Origin: Isurus oxyrinchus | Lineage: Eukaryota | DNA: 64,000 bases | Reading direction: 5' to 3' | NCBI GenBank assembly: GCA_026770705.1 | Contig: JANJGN010002529.1 | Span: forward strand, 1 to 64,000 | Shown: positions 47,732 through 60,817 of the stretch, one piece after another | Layout of the letters: the number at the start of each line of letters is the position of its first letter | Position numbering within the stretch: position 1 is the stretch's first letter | Notes under the pieces: model-generated | Told to the model about the DNA's origin: nothing | The model's database searches: none | Seen by the model: only the letters and a program-made list of their open reading frames with translations | Made by a program: the position numbers and the translations under genes

Positions 47732-49344
47732 GGGATCTATTATGATGCAACAACAGCCCCTTGGAAGAGCAGTTCTATTTGTTGTTGTAATCTGTTAGAG
47801 TACCGTGGAAAAACGGGTTTGCATATATGTAGAGCTAGAGAGGAGGAAGCGTCTCGTGCAATTCTGCTGTTATCAAAACGTAACGAATCAATTATCTGGG
47901 TTTGAACTGGAGAACTGTCTCGTCCTCCTACCGCATTTGACGGCATCGCTCACAATGTCATTCATAGAGGAGGAGGAGAGACCCGGGTTGCGTAGAACAC
48001 CGTGCTGGGCGGGGTTTGTGTTTAAAAATTCGCCGTTCCATCACTGCCTTATCGTCATGCTCAAAAAAGTAATACTCTTGTGATGCAAGGTAACTCATCA
48101 TATTCCAAAAGCAGAAAGAGAATTAATGAATCAAAATGGAAGAGGGAGGAGAGGAGAGAAAATCTGAAATAGAGAAAGAAGAAAAAGGAAAGAATTCAAA
48201 TATACAGTAAAAATGAAAGAAAGAACTAACAAAAGCAAGAAAGATAACGCCAGGTATTTGTGATTCTGTATCCGCTGTTCCTCGTATTATTTCGCCTCTA
48301 TACTCATGATGTGAACATCAGTATCAAGGCTGGTATTTAATGCAGTTTTCTACTTCCCACTGGTGAGCAACCTTCATGAACCACATCAGCCCCTCTGCGC
48401 AAGTTGTCTGCACAATGCTGTTAGCTAGGATTTACAAAATTAAGACCCAGGGTCGATGAAAGACCGGCGATATAAATAAGTTGGAATGATGTTTGACTTG
48501 GAGGGGAAAGTGGATGTGATGGTTCTACCATGTTCAGTTGCCCTTCTAAGTGATTGACATCATGGGTTTGGGCGGTACTTACTACCGATGCACAGAAGCA
48601 GCAGTGTGTACCATCTAAAGGTGCACTGCAGGAACTCACCAAGGCTCCATCGACAGCACCTTCCAAACCCACGACCACTAAAGCCTATAAGGACAAGGGA
48701 AGCAGAGAGATAGGAACATCACTACTTGGAAGTTCTCCTCCAAGTCACTCACCATCCTGACTTGGAAATATATCGCTGTTCCTCCACTATTGCTGGGCCA
48801 AAAGCCTGGCACTCCCTAACAGCACTGCGGGTGTACCTACACCTCATAGACCGCAGTGGTTAAAGAAGGAAGCTCACCACCACGTTCCAAAGGGCAACTT
48901 GTGGTGGGCAATAAATGCTGCCCCTGCCAGCGAAGCCCACATCCCATAAATTAATAAAATAGAGGCTTTGTGTGCTGCTGCACTGCATCCTATGGGCTTC
49001 ACATGCAACAGCTACGATTGGGAATCCGCATAATGTTCAAACTCTGTTGGGCTGCTGTAGCCACGGGGGTTCAGGAAATTGTTGGTGGGGAATTGACTAT
49101 AGGTCATGCCATGCAAGGTCAAATGGAGGTGGCTGTGCGTCTAATCAATGTAAGCTCAGGTGACTGAATTTTCATAGATTATTGATAGTTGAGGTCATTC
49201 GATTCCTCAAGCAAATGGATATCTTAGCTCAGAACCATATATATGCTCTCTATCACTGTGTATGTAACACGAAGCTCTTTCTCCATTTATACAATGTGAG
49301 ACACTGTTTCTGTTACTGCTGGACTGATGAAACATCTGTTTATA

Positions 49345-49880
49345 TTCACAGAATCACAGTGCAGAAGAGGCCCTTTGGCCCATCGAGTCTGCACCGACAC
49401 GTGAGAAACACCTGACTTATCTAACTGCTCCAATTTACCAGCAGTTGGCCCATCGCCTTAAATGTTACGACGTGCCAAGTGCTCATCCAGGTACTTTTTC
49501 AGGATGTGAGGCAACCCGCTTCCACCCCCCTCCCAGGCAGTGCATTCCAGACCGTCACCACCCTCTGGGCAGAAAAAGCTTTCCTCACATCCCGCTTAAA
49601 CCTCCTGCCCCTCACCGTGAACTTATGCCCCCCTTATGACTGACCTTTCAAGTAAGGGGTGCTAACCCTCATAATCTTGTACACCTCGATGAGATCGCTC
49701 ATCAATCTTCTCTGCTCCAACGAAAACAACCCAAATCTATCCAACCTCTCTTCATTACTTAAATGTTTCATCCCAGGCAACATTCTGGTGAATCTCCTCT
49801 GCACTCCCTCCAGTGCAATCACATCCTTCCTATAATGTGGCGACCAGAACTGCACACAGTACTCCAGCTGTAGCCTCAAC
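49345..49880 (-). mobile_element. CR1-type LINE 3' fragment
   Basis: LEYCVQFWSPHYRKDVIALEGVQRRFTRMLPG.. Confidence 0.9.
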
Positions 49881-50804
49881 AGAAGAACCTGTCTAGTTTA
49901 TTCCAGCTTTGCATCTATTTCACGTGACATTACACAAGAACCCCGTCGCAGTTATCACTGCTGCAGAATCAGAGCTGAGTTTGTCTCTATTCGTCCCTTC
50001 AAAATTTGACCCTGGTGGGATTCAAGCCCACAAACTTTGGATGCCTTACCCATGCATAGAATAGAGTCACAACGGATTGTCCTACGTAGCTACATTTGAT
50101 TATGTAATGTTATTATATTATAGTATTTCATAATACGATGCATTATATTATAATATAATAATTTATATTACATTTGGCCATGTGTCAGATGTTGCTGCAT
50201 AAATGCATACCTTTGTTTATATTGCATCAGACGCTGTCTCTGGACTTTTATTATATTGGGCCCTGGCCCTGTTTATATTTTATTACGCCATGCCTCTGAT
50301 TCTATCACATGAACGTCTGTCTAGCGTAATGAAAGTATAAGTAAAAAGATGGCGCAAACATCTCCGTGTTGCAACTGTGCACTGAAAATATCACTAAAAT
50401 TTCGATACGCCCTGTGCTCGTTGCAGATATTTGGAATGCGCTATAAAATGGGCGCAAGTGAGCCTCCGCCAGAAGAAACTGAGCTGCAGCTGTTCAACCC
50501 ACTCCACCGGCAGAAATGGTTTTGTTCCTTTCTTCACTGCCAGTTTCTTCCTCAGTAACTGCACACCTTCTCACGGAAAACTTCTCGAAATTCATAACAG
50601 TAATATTGGCACTTGCGTCTTAAATCCTTTTCATCTCTTGTCTCTCGTGGTTTGCGCTGAAAAACTTCACTGAGTGAAATTCACTAGCAAATGTTACGTG
50701 TAGAATTCGGAATCATTTTAGATAAACTCCAGGGCCTGTAGTAGAGGGTGTTGGTCAGCAGGTGGCGGCAGTGATCTAACGGACATTGAAAATAAACCAA
50801 CAAT

Positions 50805-50940
50805 ATAAAAACAAAAAAACTGCGGATGCTGGAAATCCAAAACAAAAACAGAATTACCTGGAAAAACTCAGCAGGTCTGGCAGCATCGGCGGAGAAGAAA
50901 AGAGTTGACGCTTCGCGTCCTCATGACCCTTCGAAAGAAT
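50805..50940 (-). mobile_element. Short Penelope-like terminal fragment
   Basis: Nearly identical to 60192-60325, but the hammerhead core is mutated. Confidence 0.75.
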
Positions 50941-51794
50941 TAGACAAACCAATTTTGTTGAGCATACAGGTGATTCTAACCAAACCAATTTTGTTGAGCA
51001 TACAGGTGATTCTGTGCGCTGTCGGCGAAAGTAATAGTCTTAGTACAGAGATTGGAATTACGCAAATTATTGCTTAGACTAGTTGTAAACGAACATATAT
51101 CGCTAGAATTAATCTGAAGGGATAAAAAGGTATTGAATTTATTTGAAACCACACTTTCAGGAGCATGCAATAGTTTTGGAGCAGGCCCAGAAGATATTTA
51201 TTCAAATTGAACCAGAGATGAGACACCTCGGGTATCTGAAGAAATTAGAGAAAAAGGACAAGAATCTTACAGGGGGATTATAATAGAGGTTTCTAAATTT
51301 CTGAAGGTTTGTTTTACAGAATTGTTAGTGAGATGCTAATTCCACTGGCAGAAGGATCGGCAGCCAATGTTCAGACAATTCGTAGAGGAATAAAGGGCAA
51401 AAGGTAAATTTTTTAATGCAGCGAATTGCTGTGAGCTGGGCTTTATTTCCTTAGGGAGATGGGACCATATTCAGTTGTAACCTTCAAAAGGAAATTGTAC
51501 GGATGCTTGGATGTGGAAGACGTGCAGGAGTTTGGAAAAAGAGAAAGAGAGTACAACTAATTATAGGCACTTTTTTCCAGAGAGCGGGCACAGTTTAGAT
51601 GGGGTGAGTGTGCCCCGTCTTTCCTTTAGGTTTGATGAGCCCATAAATTGGAATTGGATGAATTAAGTTTAGTAATTGTATTCTTCAGGCTGCTTTATGT
51701 GATATTAGCATAGGGAAGCTTAACAGGAACTACATTAGCGAATGCAATGGTATATTTGTAAATATAAGATATTACCTCAAGCCTTTCAGCTAAA

Positions 51795-52055
51795 GTGACA
51801 TTGTTTCAGTTCACCCATGAGCTCTTCGAACGTTTGCCATTGCCTATCCACCGTCATCTCTTTAAGTATCGTTTCCCAATCCATCATAGCCAACTCGCAC
51901 CTCAAACCATCGTAGTTTCCTTTATTAAGATTCAGAGCCCTAGTCTCAGAATCAACTATGTCACTCTCCATCTTGATGAAGAATTCTATCATATTCTGGT
52001 CACTCATCCTCAAGAAGCCTCGCACAACTAGAATACCAATTATTCCTTTCTGATT
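51795..52055 (-). mobile_element. LINE ORF2 fragment (region after the endonuclease)
   Basis: SDQNMIEF..LNLNKGNYDGLRCELAMMDWE, typical of CR1 ORF2. Confidence 0.7.
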
Positions 52056-53029
52056 GTTCTGATTTGAGTGTCATTACATTGTGGATTCCACCTCAACTTC
52101 AGAACCTGAGCATAAATATCAGAATTCTAATCGGGCTATTGAAAAGATGCTATCTTTTTGGGGAGATCATGAACCTTGGCTGTTCTGGGAGGAATTAAAG
52201 TTCTCATGGTCCTACACTATATATTGGTCAATATCCCTCTCTTGACCTTAAATAACCAAAGAAAGATTGCTGGGGTCCAAACCACTTTCCTCTGCTGTTG
52301 ATGTTTCTGTGCGTAAATCAAACAAGCTCATCTTCAATTAGTGCACATAAAACCCATTTTACCTCCTGCTGAACGTGATGAGGTGGTCATCAGTGTCTGT
52401 TGACCTGCTAGTACGAGAATCAGTAACTTGCACCCACCATTTTTACATTAACTACAATGTCAAACTTTCAAACAGTGCTGAAAATAAAAATGTGCAATAG
52501 AAATAAAGAGGCAGTGTTGTAGTGGCGCTTTGGAAATCTGTAGACACGTAGTGGCAGCTGAACGGAGATTCTGCTCATAGTGCACAAGGACCTATCTCTG
52601 TCATTACTGTACAAGAACATGTCATTGTCTTTAGTCCACTCGAACTTAGCTCAGTTGCACTATACCAAATCATATTTTTGTTTATATTACACTAGACACT
52701 GGAACACGAATGAATGCACTAGACCACGTCTCTCTATTTATGTAAAAATAAGGAGACAGTTCAACATAAAAATATACGATCTAGGAATATATTAGTCAAT
52801 CGATCATTCGAGTCTTCACCACCAAGCAGTGAATTCATGGTTCATATTCTATCTCAGTTCCATGTTACAGGAATATCCCCATATTCCTTAATTCTTTTTG
52901 TCACCAGAAGCCCCACAGCTCAATGGGTACAGAACCATCAGTACCAAATTGTCGACCCCGTATGCTGAGACTGTGAGCCTTGGTACTAGATTCCACGGTG
53001 AAGCCGAAATCCTTGCAGCCCCTTTAGAA

Positions 53030-54210
53030 TTATATATGAGATCCTCTCTAGTTATTATCAGAGGGGAGTTGAAAATGATTGCCCTTGACATCAAGGCAGC
53101 ATTTGACTGACTGTGGCGTCAAGGAGCCCTGGCAAAAGTGGAGTCAATGTGCATTTGGGGGAAAGATCTCCGGTGGTTATAGTCATACACAGCACAAAAG
53201 AAGATCGTTGTGGCTGTTAAAAGTCAATCACCTCAGTTCTAGGACATCACTGCAGGAGTTCCTCAGGGTAGTGCCCTTAGCCCCACCGTCTTCAGCTGCT
53301 TCATCAATGACCTTCCTTAGATCAGAAGGTTAGAAGTGACGAGGTCCAGAGATGATTGCACAATGTTCAGCACCATTCACGACTCCTCAGGTACTGAAGC
53401 AGTCCATGTCCAAATGCAGCAAGACCGAGCCAATGTCCAGACTTGGGCTGATAAGTGGCAAGTAATATTCACGCCATACAGGTACCAGACAATGACCATC
53501 TCCAACAAGAGAGAATTTGACCATCGCCCCTTGACGTGCAATGGCATTGCCATCTCTGAATCCCCCAATATCAACATCCTGGGTGTTATCATTGACCAGA
53601 AACTGAACTGGACTAGGCGCATGAAAGTATGCCTACAAGACCAGGCCAGAAGCTAGGAATCGTGCTTCGAGTAACTCACCTACTGACTCACTAAAGCCTG
53701 GTCACTATCTAGAAGGCACAAGTCACGGGTGTGGTGGAATAATGTCCACTTGTCTGGATGAGCGCAACACTCAAGGAGCTTGACACAGCCCATGATGAAA
53801 CGCCCCACTTATTTGGCACCCCATCCACAAACATTCACTCCCTTCACCACCGACGCACATAGCAGCAGTGTGTACCATCTACAAACTGCACTGCAGGAAT
53901 TCATCAAGGCTCCTTAGACAGCGCCTTCCAAACTCAGGACCACGACTAGCAGACACATGGGGTTACCAACATCAGGAATCAGCCCTCCAAGCCACCCAAC
54001 ATCCTGACTTGGGAAAATATCACTGCTCTTTCACTGTCACTGGGTCAAAATCCTGGAATCCCATCTGTAATTGGACTTTGGGTGTATCTGCAGCACCGGA
54101 ACTGCAGCGATTCAAGAAGGCAGCTCACCAACCCCTTCTCAAGGGCAATTAGGGATGGGCAAAAAATGCTGGCCCAGGCAGCGGAGCCCACATCCCTTAA
54201 AAAAAGAATT
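53030..54210 (+). mobile_element. Degenerate LINE (CR1/L2-like) RT 3' half and tail
   Basis: IALDIKAAFD..GVPQGSAL..FINDL..DDCTMF..WADKWQVIF.. Confidence 0.85.
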
Positions 54211-54849
54211 AAAAAAACTTCAGTGGACCGTGTGCAAAGCCGAGTTAACCTCTTCTCGTGGGACAAGCACCTCATCCCATGAATTAATGTGGTCAACCTT
54301 TGTTTTATCCTCTCTAAGGCAAATACATCCTTCCTTAGGTTTCAAAACCAAAACTGTGTACAGTACCCTAGGAAATCTCACTGGGATATATACAATTAAT
54401 TATACAATTGCTGTAAGGCTTCTAAACTCTTTTACTCTAATCCGTTTCTAAAATGGCTAACATACCATTTGATTTCCTAACTGCAGACTGTGCCAGAATT
54501 TTAACTTTCCGTTATCTATAAGTAATATCCTGTCCCCACCCACCACCCCCCCCCGCCCCCACCACCACCAGTCCTGCATCCATCCAACACCATCACCAAG
54601 TGCAGGATTTCACGCTTAGTCCGTCTTCTATGCTGCTTCCACACATTTAACCGGTTTGTATTCCTTTACAGAATCTTAGCGTCCTCCTGAGAGCTATCTT
54701 TTCCATCAACGTTTTGGCATCGGCGAACTGGGGACATTGCATTCAGCATCCACCTGGTGGCAGTAGGACCATACCTTCCTTTCGATTACAGCAGGCTTTG
54801 TTAAAAAATGCTTTAGACGATGCCACTGGTTTTAAATGGTGTCCTCTCT

Positions 54850-56560
54850 CAGTTTTTAATGCACTAGACCATGCTGCTGATAATTTTAAACCAGATCACG
54901 TTTCTGTTTATATTGGACTAAGTGACATTTTATTGCAGCATGAGATTCGTCCCTTGCTTATTTCACACTAGGTCCTATTTTATTTAATACTGCACCAGAC
55001 TATAGTTCTGTTAACTTTCATCCTATCTTTGTTTGTTGTAAAATGCGAAATGTCCCTTTGCAGATTATTCCAGGCCTTATCTCAGTTTTCATTACACTAG
55101 ATCTCTGTTTGTCCATATTACCCCGGACATTTATCTGATTTCATATCACACTAGATCATGTTTCTGACTCAATATCCCAGAACACCATGCCATTGTTCTA
55201 TCTCCTACAGATTCGGTCTCAGTGCAATTCCGTAGTTGCTGCACGAGATCACATATTATTCTATTTTGTACTGGACTCGTCTCTTGCGTCTTTGCACCCG
55301 TGTCGATCTCAGCTCCTTCTACTCTTTAACATGTGTTAGGCCATCTCTTAATTGTTACTCCATTCGACCATGTGTCTGTTTGCTTTCGGACGGAACCGGC
55401 GTCAGTTTATCATTGCCGTCCAACACATCCCTTCTGACATTACAGTCGGCCAGGTCTTAGATATTAATGAATTAAATTATGCTTCAGCTATATTACACTG
55501 GGGGATGATTCAGTTAATCGTGCAGTTGGCCATGTTTCAGTTTATGTGCCAGGAGACCCTGTTCCTGTTTATATTACACAAGAACATGACACTTCCTTTG
55601 TTGCTCTGGGCGCTGAATTCTTCATAACTGGACTGGATAAAGTTACTGTTTACAATAATTGAGGGCCTGCCCAGTTACTGCAACTCTAGACTCTGCCTTT
55701 GTTCATATTTCACAAGCTCCCAGCCATGTTTATATTGCAGTAGATGCTGTTCTACATATTACATTACACTGTTCAACTGTTTAAGTTACACTAATCCTAT
55801 CTCAGTTATTGGTGTACGAATATTATCTCTGTTCATATTACACAAAACTCTGCCACAGATATTAATGCACAGGAATGTGTGTTTCAACTTATTAAAAACT
55901 CGGCCTTGCCTCTGTTTTTGCGACAGTAGATCATGTCGCCATTTGTATTATGCTGGACTGTGTCCAAGCAATTATTGCATTAGATGACCTTTCTTTGTTA
56001 GCACTGTACTATGTAACTCTTTATCTTATGCGTAGCGCTTTCTCTATGCTCTGCTTCAAATCACGTGGTTGCTTATATTACGCAAGACCCTATCTCTGGT
56101 TTCATCGCACAAGTCAATGTCATTGCTTATTTTAAAATAGACGTTTATCCTTTTAGTTTACCATCGGCTTGCGTCAGTTATTACCGCGGTAGCCCATTTC
56201 TATCTTTAATTTACACTAGACCTTGTATCAGAGGAAGGAATCACTGCACTGAAGAAATTGTTTCTTTATGTTAGACCACGATCCGTCAGTGTTTAAACTT
56301 CACCACTGGTTGTGCAGTTATATCAGCACTAAATCTTGTCTTCGTTTGAATTACACTAGATGCTCGTTTCAGTTTTTACTTCGGTATGCCATGCTTACCT
56401 CGCAAAGCACTGAGTTAGCACTTACTTAGAATATGTCTCTGGTTAAAATATCTGAAACATTGCTTTCATTTATATTGCACAAGGCCTGCCTCAGTTATTG
56501 CATTACGAAACTAAACATTTTTTTTATAATACTCCAGATTATGTGTCTATTTATATTACA
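54850..56560. repeat. Highly decayed short-period minisatellite (..TCTGTTTATATTACACTAGA..); similar tracts at ~50200-50300 and ~52560-52760
   Basis: Recurrent TATTACACTAG-like cores at a period of roughly 25-30 bp. Confidence 0.55.
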
Positions 56561-56820
56561 GTGGGTTTTGTGGCACCTAGTACTCCACTAGAGTGACGTA
56601 ACCATGCACACAAGTGATCTTTGCTAGCCCAACCAGACTGCCGCTAACTGTGTTTATTTCTTGCTCACGTCTATCACCTGGTCATTTCTGCTGTTTGTAA
56701 CAGAGCAACTTTCGGGATATCATTGCGGTGATCATGAGCCAAGGAAACAAACCTTGATTAAGCACGTGCCCGGTAAGACTTTAACATTATAGTCAGGAAT
56801 ATTTTGCCAGGACTTTAGAG

Positions 56821-57393
56821 ATGACGGCTGTTGAGCTGTTCCTGATCTCCTTTGTAATAGGTATACTGGGACATGTGAGCCCTGTGTTGATATGACTTAT
56901 CATTCTACCCCTTGTAATCTGTAAATGTTAAAATGTCTTTCTTTCTCTAGTGTGAATTATCCAAATGTCCCTTATAATAGTTATACCGTAATTGTGGACT
57001 GGAATGTTCGTAACCAGTAAGTGTGTTAACTGAAGTTTCTATATTATTTTACAGATAAAACCCAAGGGAGTTCGGTAATGCAGAGTCAATATGAGTTGAA
57101 GGTACATGAGGGAGATAATCCGTTTTTGAACTGTAAATACAACTCCAGTTCTCATGATCCGGGTTGCTGCTGGTACCGGCTGTGCCCGAACCAGGCATCC
57201 CAGTCTCTGTTGTACTATGATAAAACCAGGCGCAGGGATGCGAGTTTGGAACGGAAAATTCGATGCTCGTGATTTCCGTCAATATCAAATTTTTCCTTTG
57301 TCAATTTCTGCAGCAGAGCTTAAAGACAGCGCCATCTATTTCTGCGGATTGAGGGCACAGTGTTTCAAAGCCGCTCTACTCCGTATAAATCAT
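56821..57393 (+). pseudogene. TCR V pseudogene (frameshift)
   Basis: Leader MTAVELFLISFVI 56821-56860. Exon from 57055 reads ..FLNCKY..WYRL.., frameshift near 57245, then ..IFPLSISAAELKDSAIYFCGLR. CACAGTG at 57356-57362 with a weak nonamer at 22-23 bp. CRE-like AGTGACGTAA at ~56592. Confidence 0.9.
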
Positions 57394-58746
57394 CGTTATA
57401 CCAGAGAAAAGCTGGAGAGATAAGCAAAGGCATCTGCCACGGAGCAACTCTTCAAAAATAAAATCTGTCATTAAGAAAATGATGAAAAACACATTTATCA
57501 TGTTCTAACACAATGGTGTCAAGGATTACGGATATCATTTAGCTCGAGTGAATCGAGAAACCTTTTCTTTCCCTTGCAACAGAGAAAGTAAGGGGAATTT
57601 TAATTGAGGTGACCAAATTTATGAAAATCTCCTTAGAAAGTACATGAGGAGAAACCTTTTCTTCTGGCAGGAGGGTCGGTAAACAGATGGTATCGATTCA
57701 AGTTAATCATTCCGGGGAGGGCGGGGACGAGGGGTGGGGGGGGTGGGGGGGGGGGGGGTGGGGGCGGGGGGGCGGAATTAATGATTTGTTTCAAGGCGAG
57801 TTATTGTGATCTTGAAAGCCTTCCTGAAAGAATGATGGTAGCAGATACAATATTAAGCAATTGGATAAATGTTTCAAAATGAAACATGCAGGTCTACAGA
57901 AAAAGAAAATAGCCTCGCGTTTATTGGATAACTCCTGCAGGCTTCAAGCACATGCACGCCTAACCAAATGACCTCTTTATGTGCTGGGTTATCAATTAAT
58001 CCTACAAACCACAGTCAATTCTCACTCCGGTGTAAGCTGTACTGTGGAGCACTTTCACCATACACACACTGGCGGTTGGAGGAGAAGGCTCATCATATGA
58101 TCCTTATGTGAAGCAAGGGATGGGCAATAAATGCCGATCTTGCCACCGTCGCCCATAACTGGGCAATGGCTAGAACAACACTGGGAAAAGCAGCTATTCC
58201 CTTATGGCAATCATCGTGTGATTTCTTCCTCAGTGTTTCTTATTCACCCTTCCCTTCCTTATTTGTGTCTCTTCCGTCTTTTTCAGTCCTGTTATTCTCT
58301 CTCCGAGTTTCTCTGGTTCGCTATTTTCCTCCTGCAACATGAAGAATGTACAGTTGTTCTTTAAATGACCTCATTATTTTCTCTCCTGACCAAGAGGTGT
58401 GAGGAGGGGAGGGAGGGGCGAATTGCCAAACACAAACTCCATCCAGAATAGTTCCCCCCAGCCGCCAAACATTGTCCCCTCCTCCTTCCATCTACTGAGT
58501 GATGCCATTAGACTGCGTAGGAGGAAGTAGAGGAACTATATTTGGCCAGTCAGCACTCGTGTCAAAATGTGGTGACCGGGTTAACTCATTCGCTACTTCT
58601 TATTGGAAAAGAATTACAGAAGAATTACAAAAGCCCCCGCCCCTTACTCCCCTTCCGTTAAAGCTCTCTGGAGAACTGTTTCTTAATGTAACAGATTGCA
58701 ACAGTAAATATATCTGCTTTTCGAAGAGATTGTTGCTCAGGATATA

Positions 58747-59218
58747 ATGTGGCTTATGCCACATCGTCATCTGATTTTATTGTGGCTGATGTTCGGTAGG
58801 TGCAGCCACATCATTTTATCCGTTTGCAGTTATGTGATGTTAATATACTTTTAAACTCAGTATTGCATTCGTTTTTCGTTACGTTTTATTTCAGGTTTGA
58901 TTCAGGCAGATTCTGTGTCCCAACCTCAGACCTCACTGCATGTTACTGACGGAGACAGCAAGAAAATAGACTGTAGCTACACAACAAATCATAGTAATCC
59001 CGGCCTGTACTGGTACAGACAGCACACGAATCAGGTTCTGCGTTTTATTTTGTATCGAGATAGAAGCAGTAAAAGAGATGCAGATTTTACCAAAGGGAAA
59101 TCTGAGGCGGGTCAGACTAACGAAGGAAAGAAGTTTCCTCTAACGATCACTTGAGCGGAAATCCAGGACACAGCCGCAACACACTGGTTTAAAACTCATC
59201 TGTCGCTGTAAAAAAACC
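58747..59218 (+). pseudogene. TCR V pseudogene (duplicate of 611-1073)
   Basis: Same TGA and same YYC deletion as copy A. RSS: CACACTG 59180-59186, 23 bp, AAAAAAACC. Confidence 0.93.
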
Positions 59219-60191
59219 CGCAGTGATGTAGAACTACCAGCTCATAGAAACCCACCCTTTGTGGGTAAGTGCTATCCGCGGCTCAGTTTAACTGTTCCAT
59301 CTCACAACTCTGCTTCTCTATCAGAAATGTGTGTGTTCAGGCCCCACTCTAGAGGCGTGAGCACATAACTCAGGCTGACACTTCTGCCAGCATGAAGGGA
59401 GTGCTGCAATGTCCGTGGTGGCATTTTTCGGATGAGCTATTAAATGGAAATTCTGCCTCTCACGCACTCCCGCCCTCCTCCCCGAGGAGGACCTTAAACA
59501 CCCCACCACTTATTGCACAAAAGAGCTGGTCAAATCTCCCGTGCATTTAAACCTCAAACGATATCAATGAAACAAATGATCACACTGCTCTTTGTGGGAG
59601 CTTGCTGTGCATAATTTGACCATTTCCTACATTACCATAGTGACTGCAATTCCAATTTACTTATTTCCTACTACGGGGCAGTCTGGATGGACTGGGCCGT
59701 CCTTTGATTTCTGTAATTGTTGATGGAAATAGTAAATTAATTATAGCAACTTGTGGGCCTGTCCACATCTTTTTCTGTTTTTCACCCAACACTGGTACAA
59801 ATGGTGTATGTAACTCGACTTGGCCTCAGGACTGGCCTTTGCGGCGCTGCGTAAGCAAATGGGATATTCTGTGCACCAATCCACGAACAGTTATTGAGCG
59901 CAGCCCCTCAAAAGGCTCTCTACTCCCACACTAAGAATATTGGACTGGATTTAAAACAGCTCGCCTTCACTTTTCTGATAATTTGACTCATTAATCTGCT
60001 CTCCTCCATCTTCCCTTTATCTATATCTGAGACAACAGGGTTTTGATGACCTAGTTTATTTTTTGAGCTGAAAAACAAAAACCGCAGGATGGCAGTTATA
60101 CCAGTCAGAAAAAAAAATCCACAGTGAAATATATGCATTCCAGCGAATTCTTCTGGCGGTTTGTAAACTTGAGCAAATGTTTCTACCAAGA

Positions 60192-60817
60192 TAAAAACAA
60201 AAAAAATTGCGGATGCTGAAAATCCAAAACAAAAACAGAATTACCTGGAAAAACTCAGCAGGTCTGGCAGCATCGGCGGAGAAGAAAAGAGTTGACGTTT
60301 CGAGTCCTCATGACCCTTCGACAGAACTTGATTTCGAGTCCAAGAAAGAGTTGAAATATAAGCTGGTTTAAGGTGTGTGTGGGGGGTGGAGAGATAGAGA
60401 GAGAGAGAGGTGGTTGTGTAGACAAACAAGCAGTGATAGAAGCAGATCATCAAAAGATGTCAGCGACAATGGTACAAAAGAACACATAGGTGTTAAAGTT
60501 AAAGTTGGTGATATTATCTAAACGAATGTGCTAATTAAGAATGGATGGTAGGGCACTCAAGGTACAGCTCTAGTGGGGGTGGGGGGAGCATAAAAGATTT
60601 TAAAATATTTAAAAATAATGGAAATAGGTGGGAAAAGAAAAATCTATATAATTTATGGGGAAAAAAAAGGAAAAAGGGGGAAACAGAAAGGGGGTGGGGA
60701 TGGGGGAGGGAGCTCACGACCTAAAGTTGTTGAACTCAATATTCAGACCGGAAGGCTGTAAGGTGCCTAGTCGGAAGATGAGGTGTTGTTCCTCCAGTTT
60801 GCATTGGGCTTCACTGA
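60192..60817 (-). mobile_element. Penelope-like retroelement 3' end
   Basis: The minus strand encodes KLEEQHLIFRLGTLQPSGLNIEFNNFRS*, matching the GIY-YIG C-terminal pattern, followed by a terminal region with a hammerhead-like motif. Absent from copy A. Confidence 0.85.
60290..60328 (-). ncRNA. Minimal type I hammerhead ribozyme-like motif (core variant)
   Basis: AGUU-CUGUCGA-A-GGGUC-AUGAG-GACUC-GAAAC-GUC-AACU: stem I AGUU/AACU, stem II GGGUC/GACUC, palindromic ACGU stem III. The core has U where the consensus CUGAnGA has A. Confidence 0.6.

Noticed and set aside
50009-50045. tRNA-like B-box segment (minus strand)
   Set aside because: Only a 3' fragment with no cloverleaf; likely a SINE or tRNA-derived remnant.
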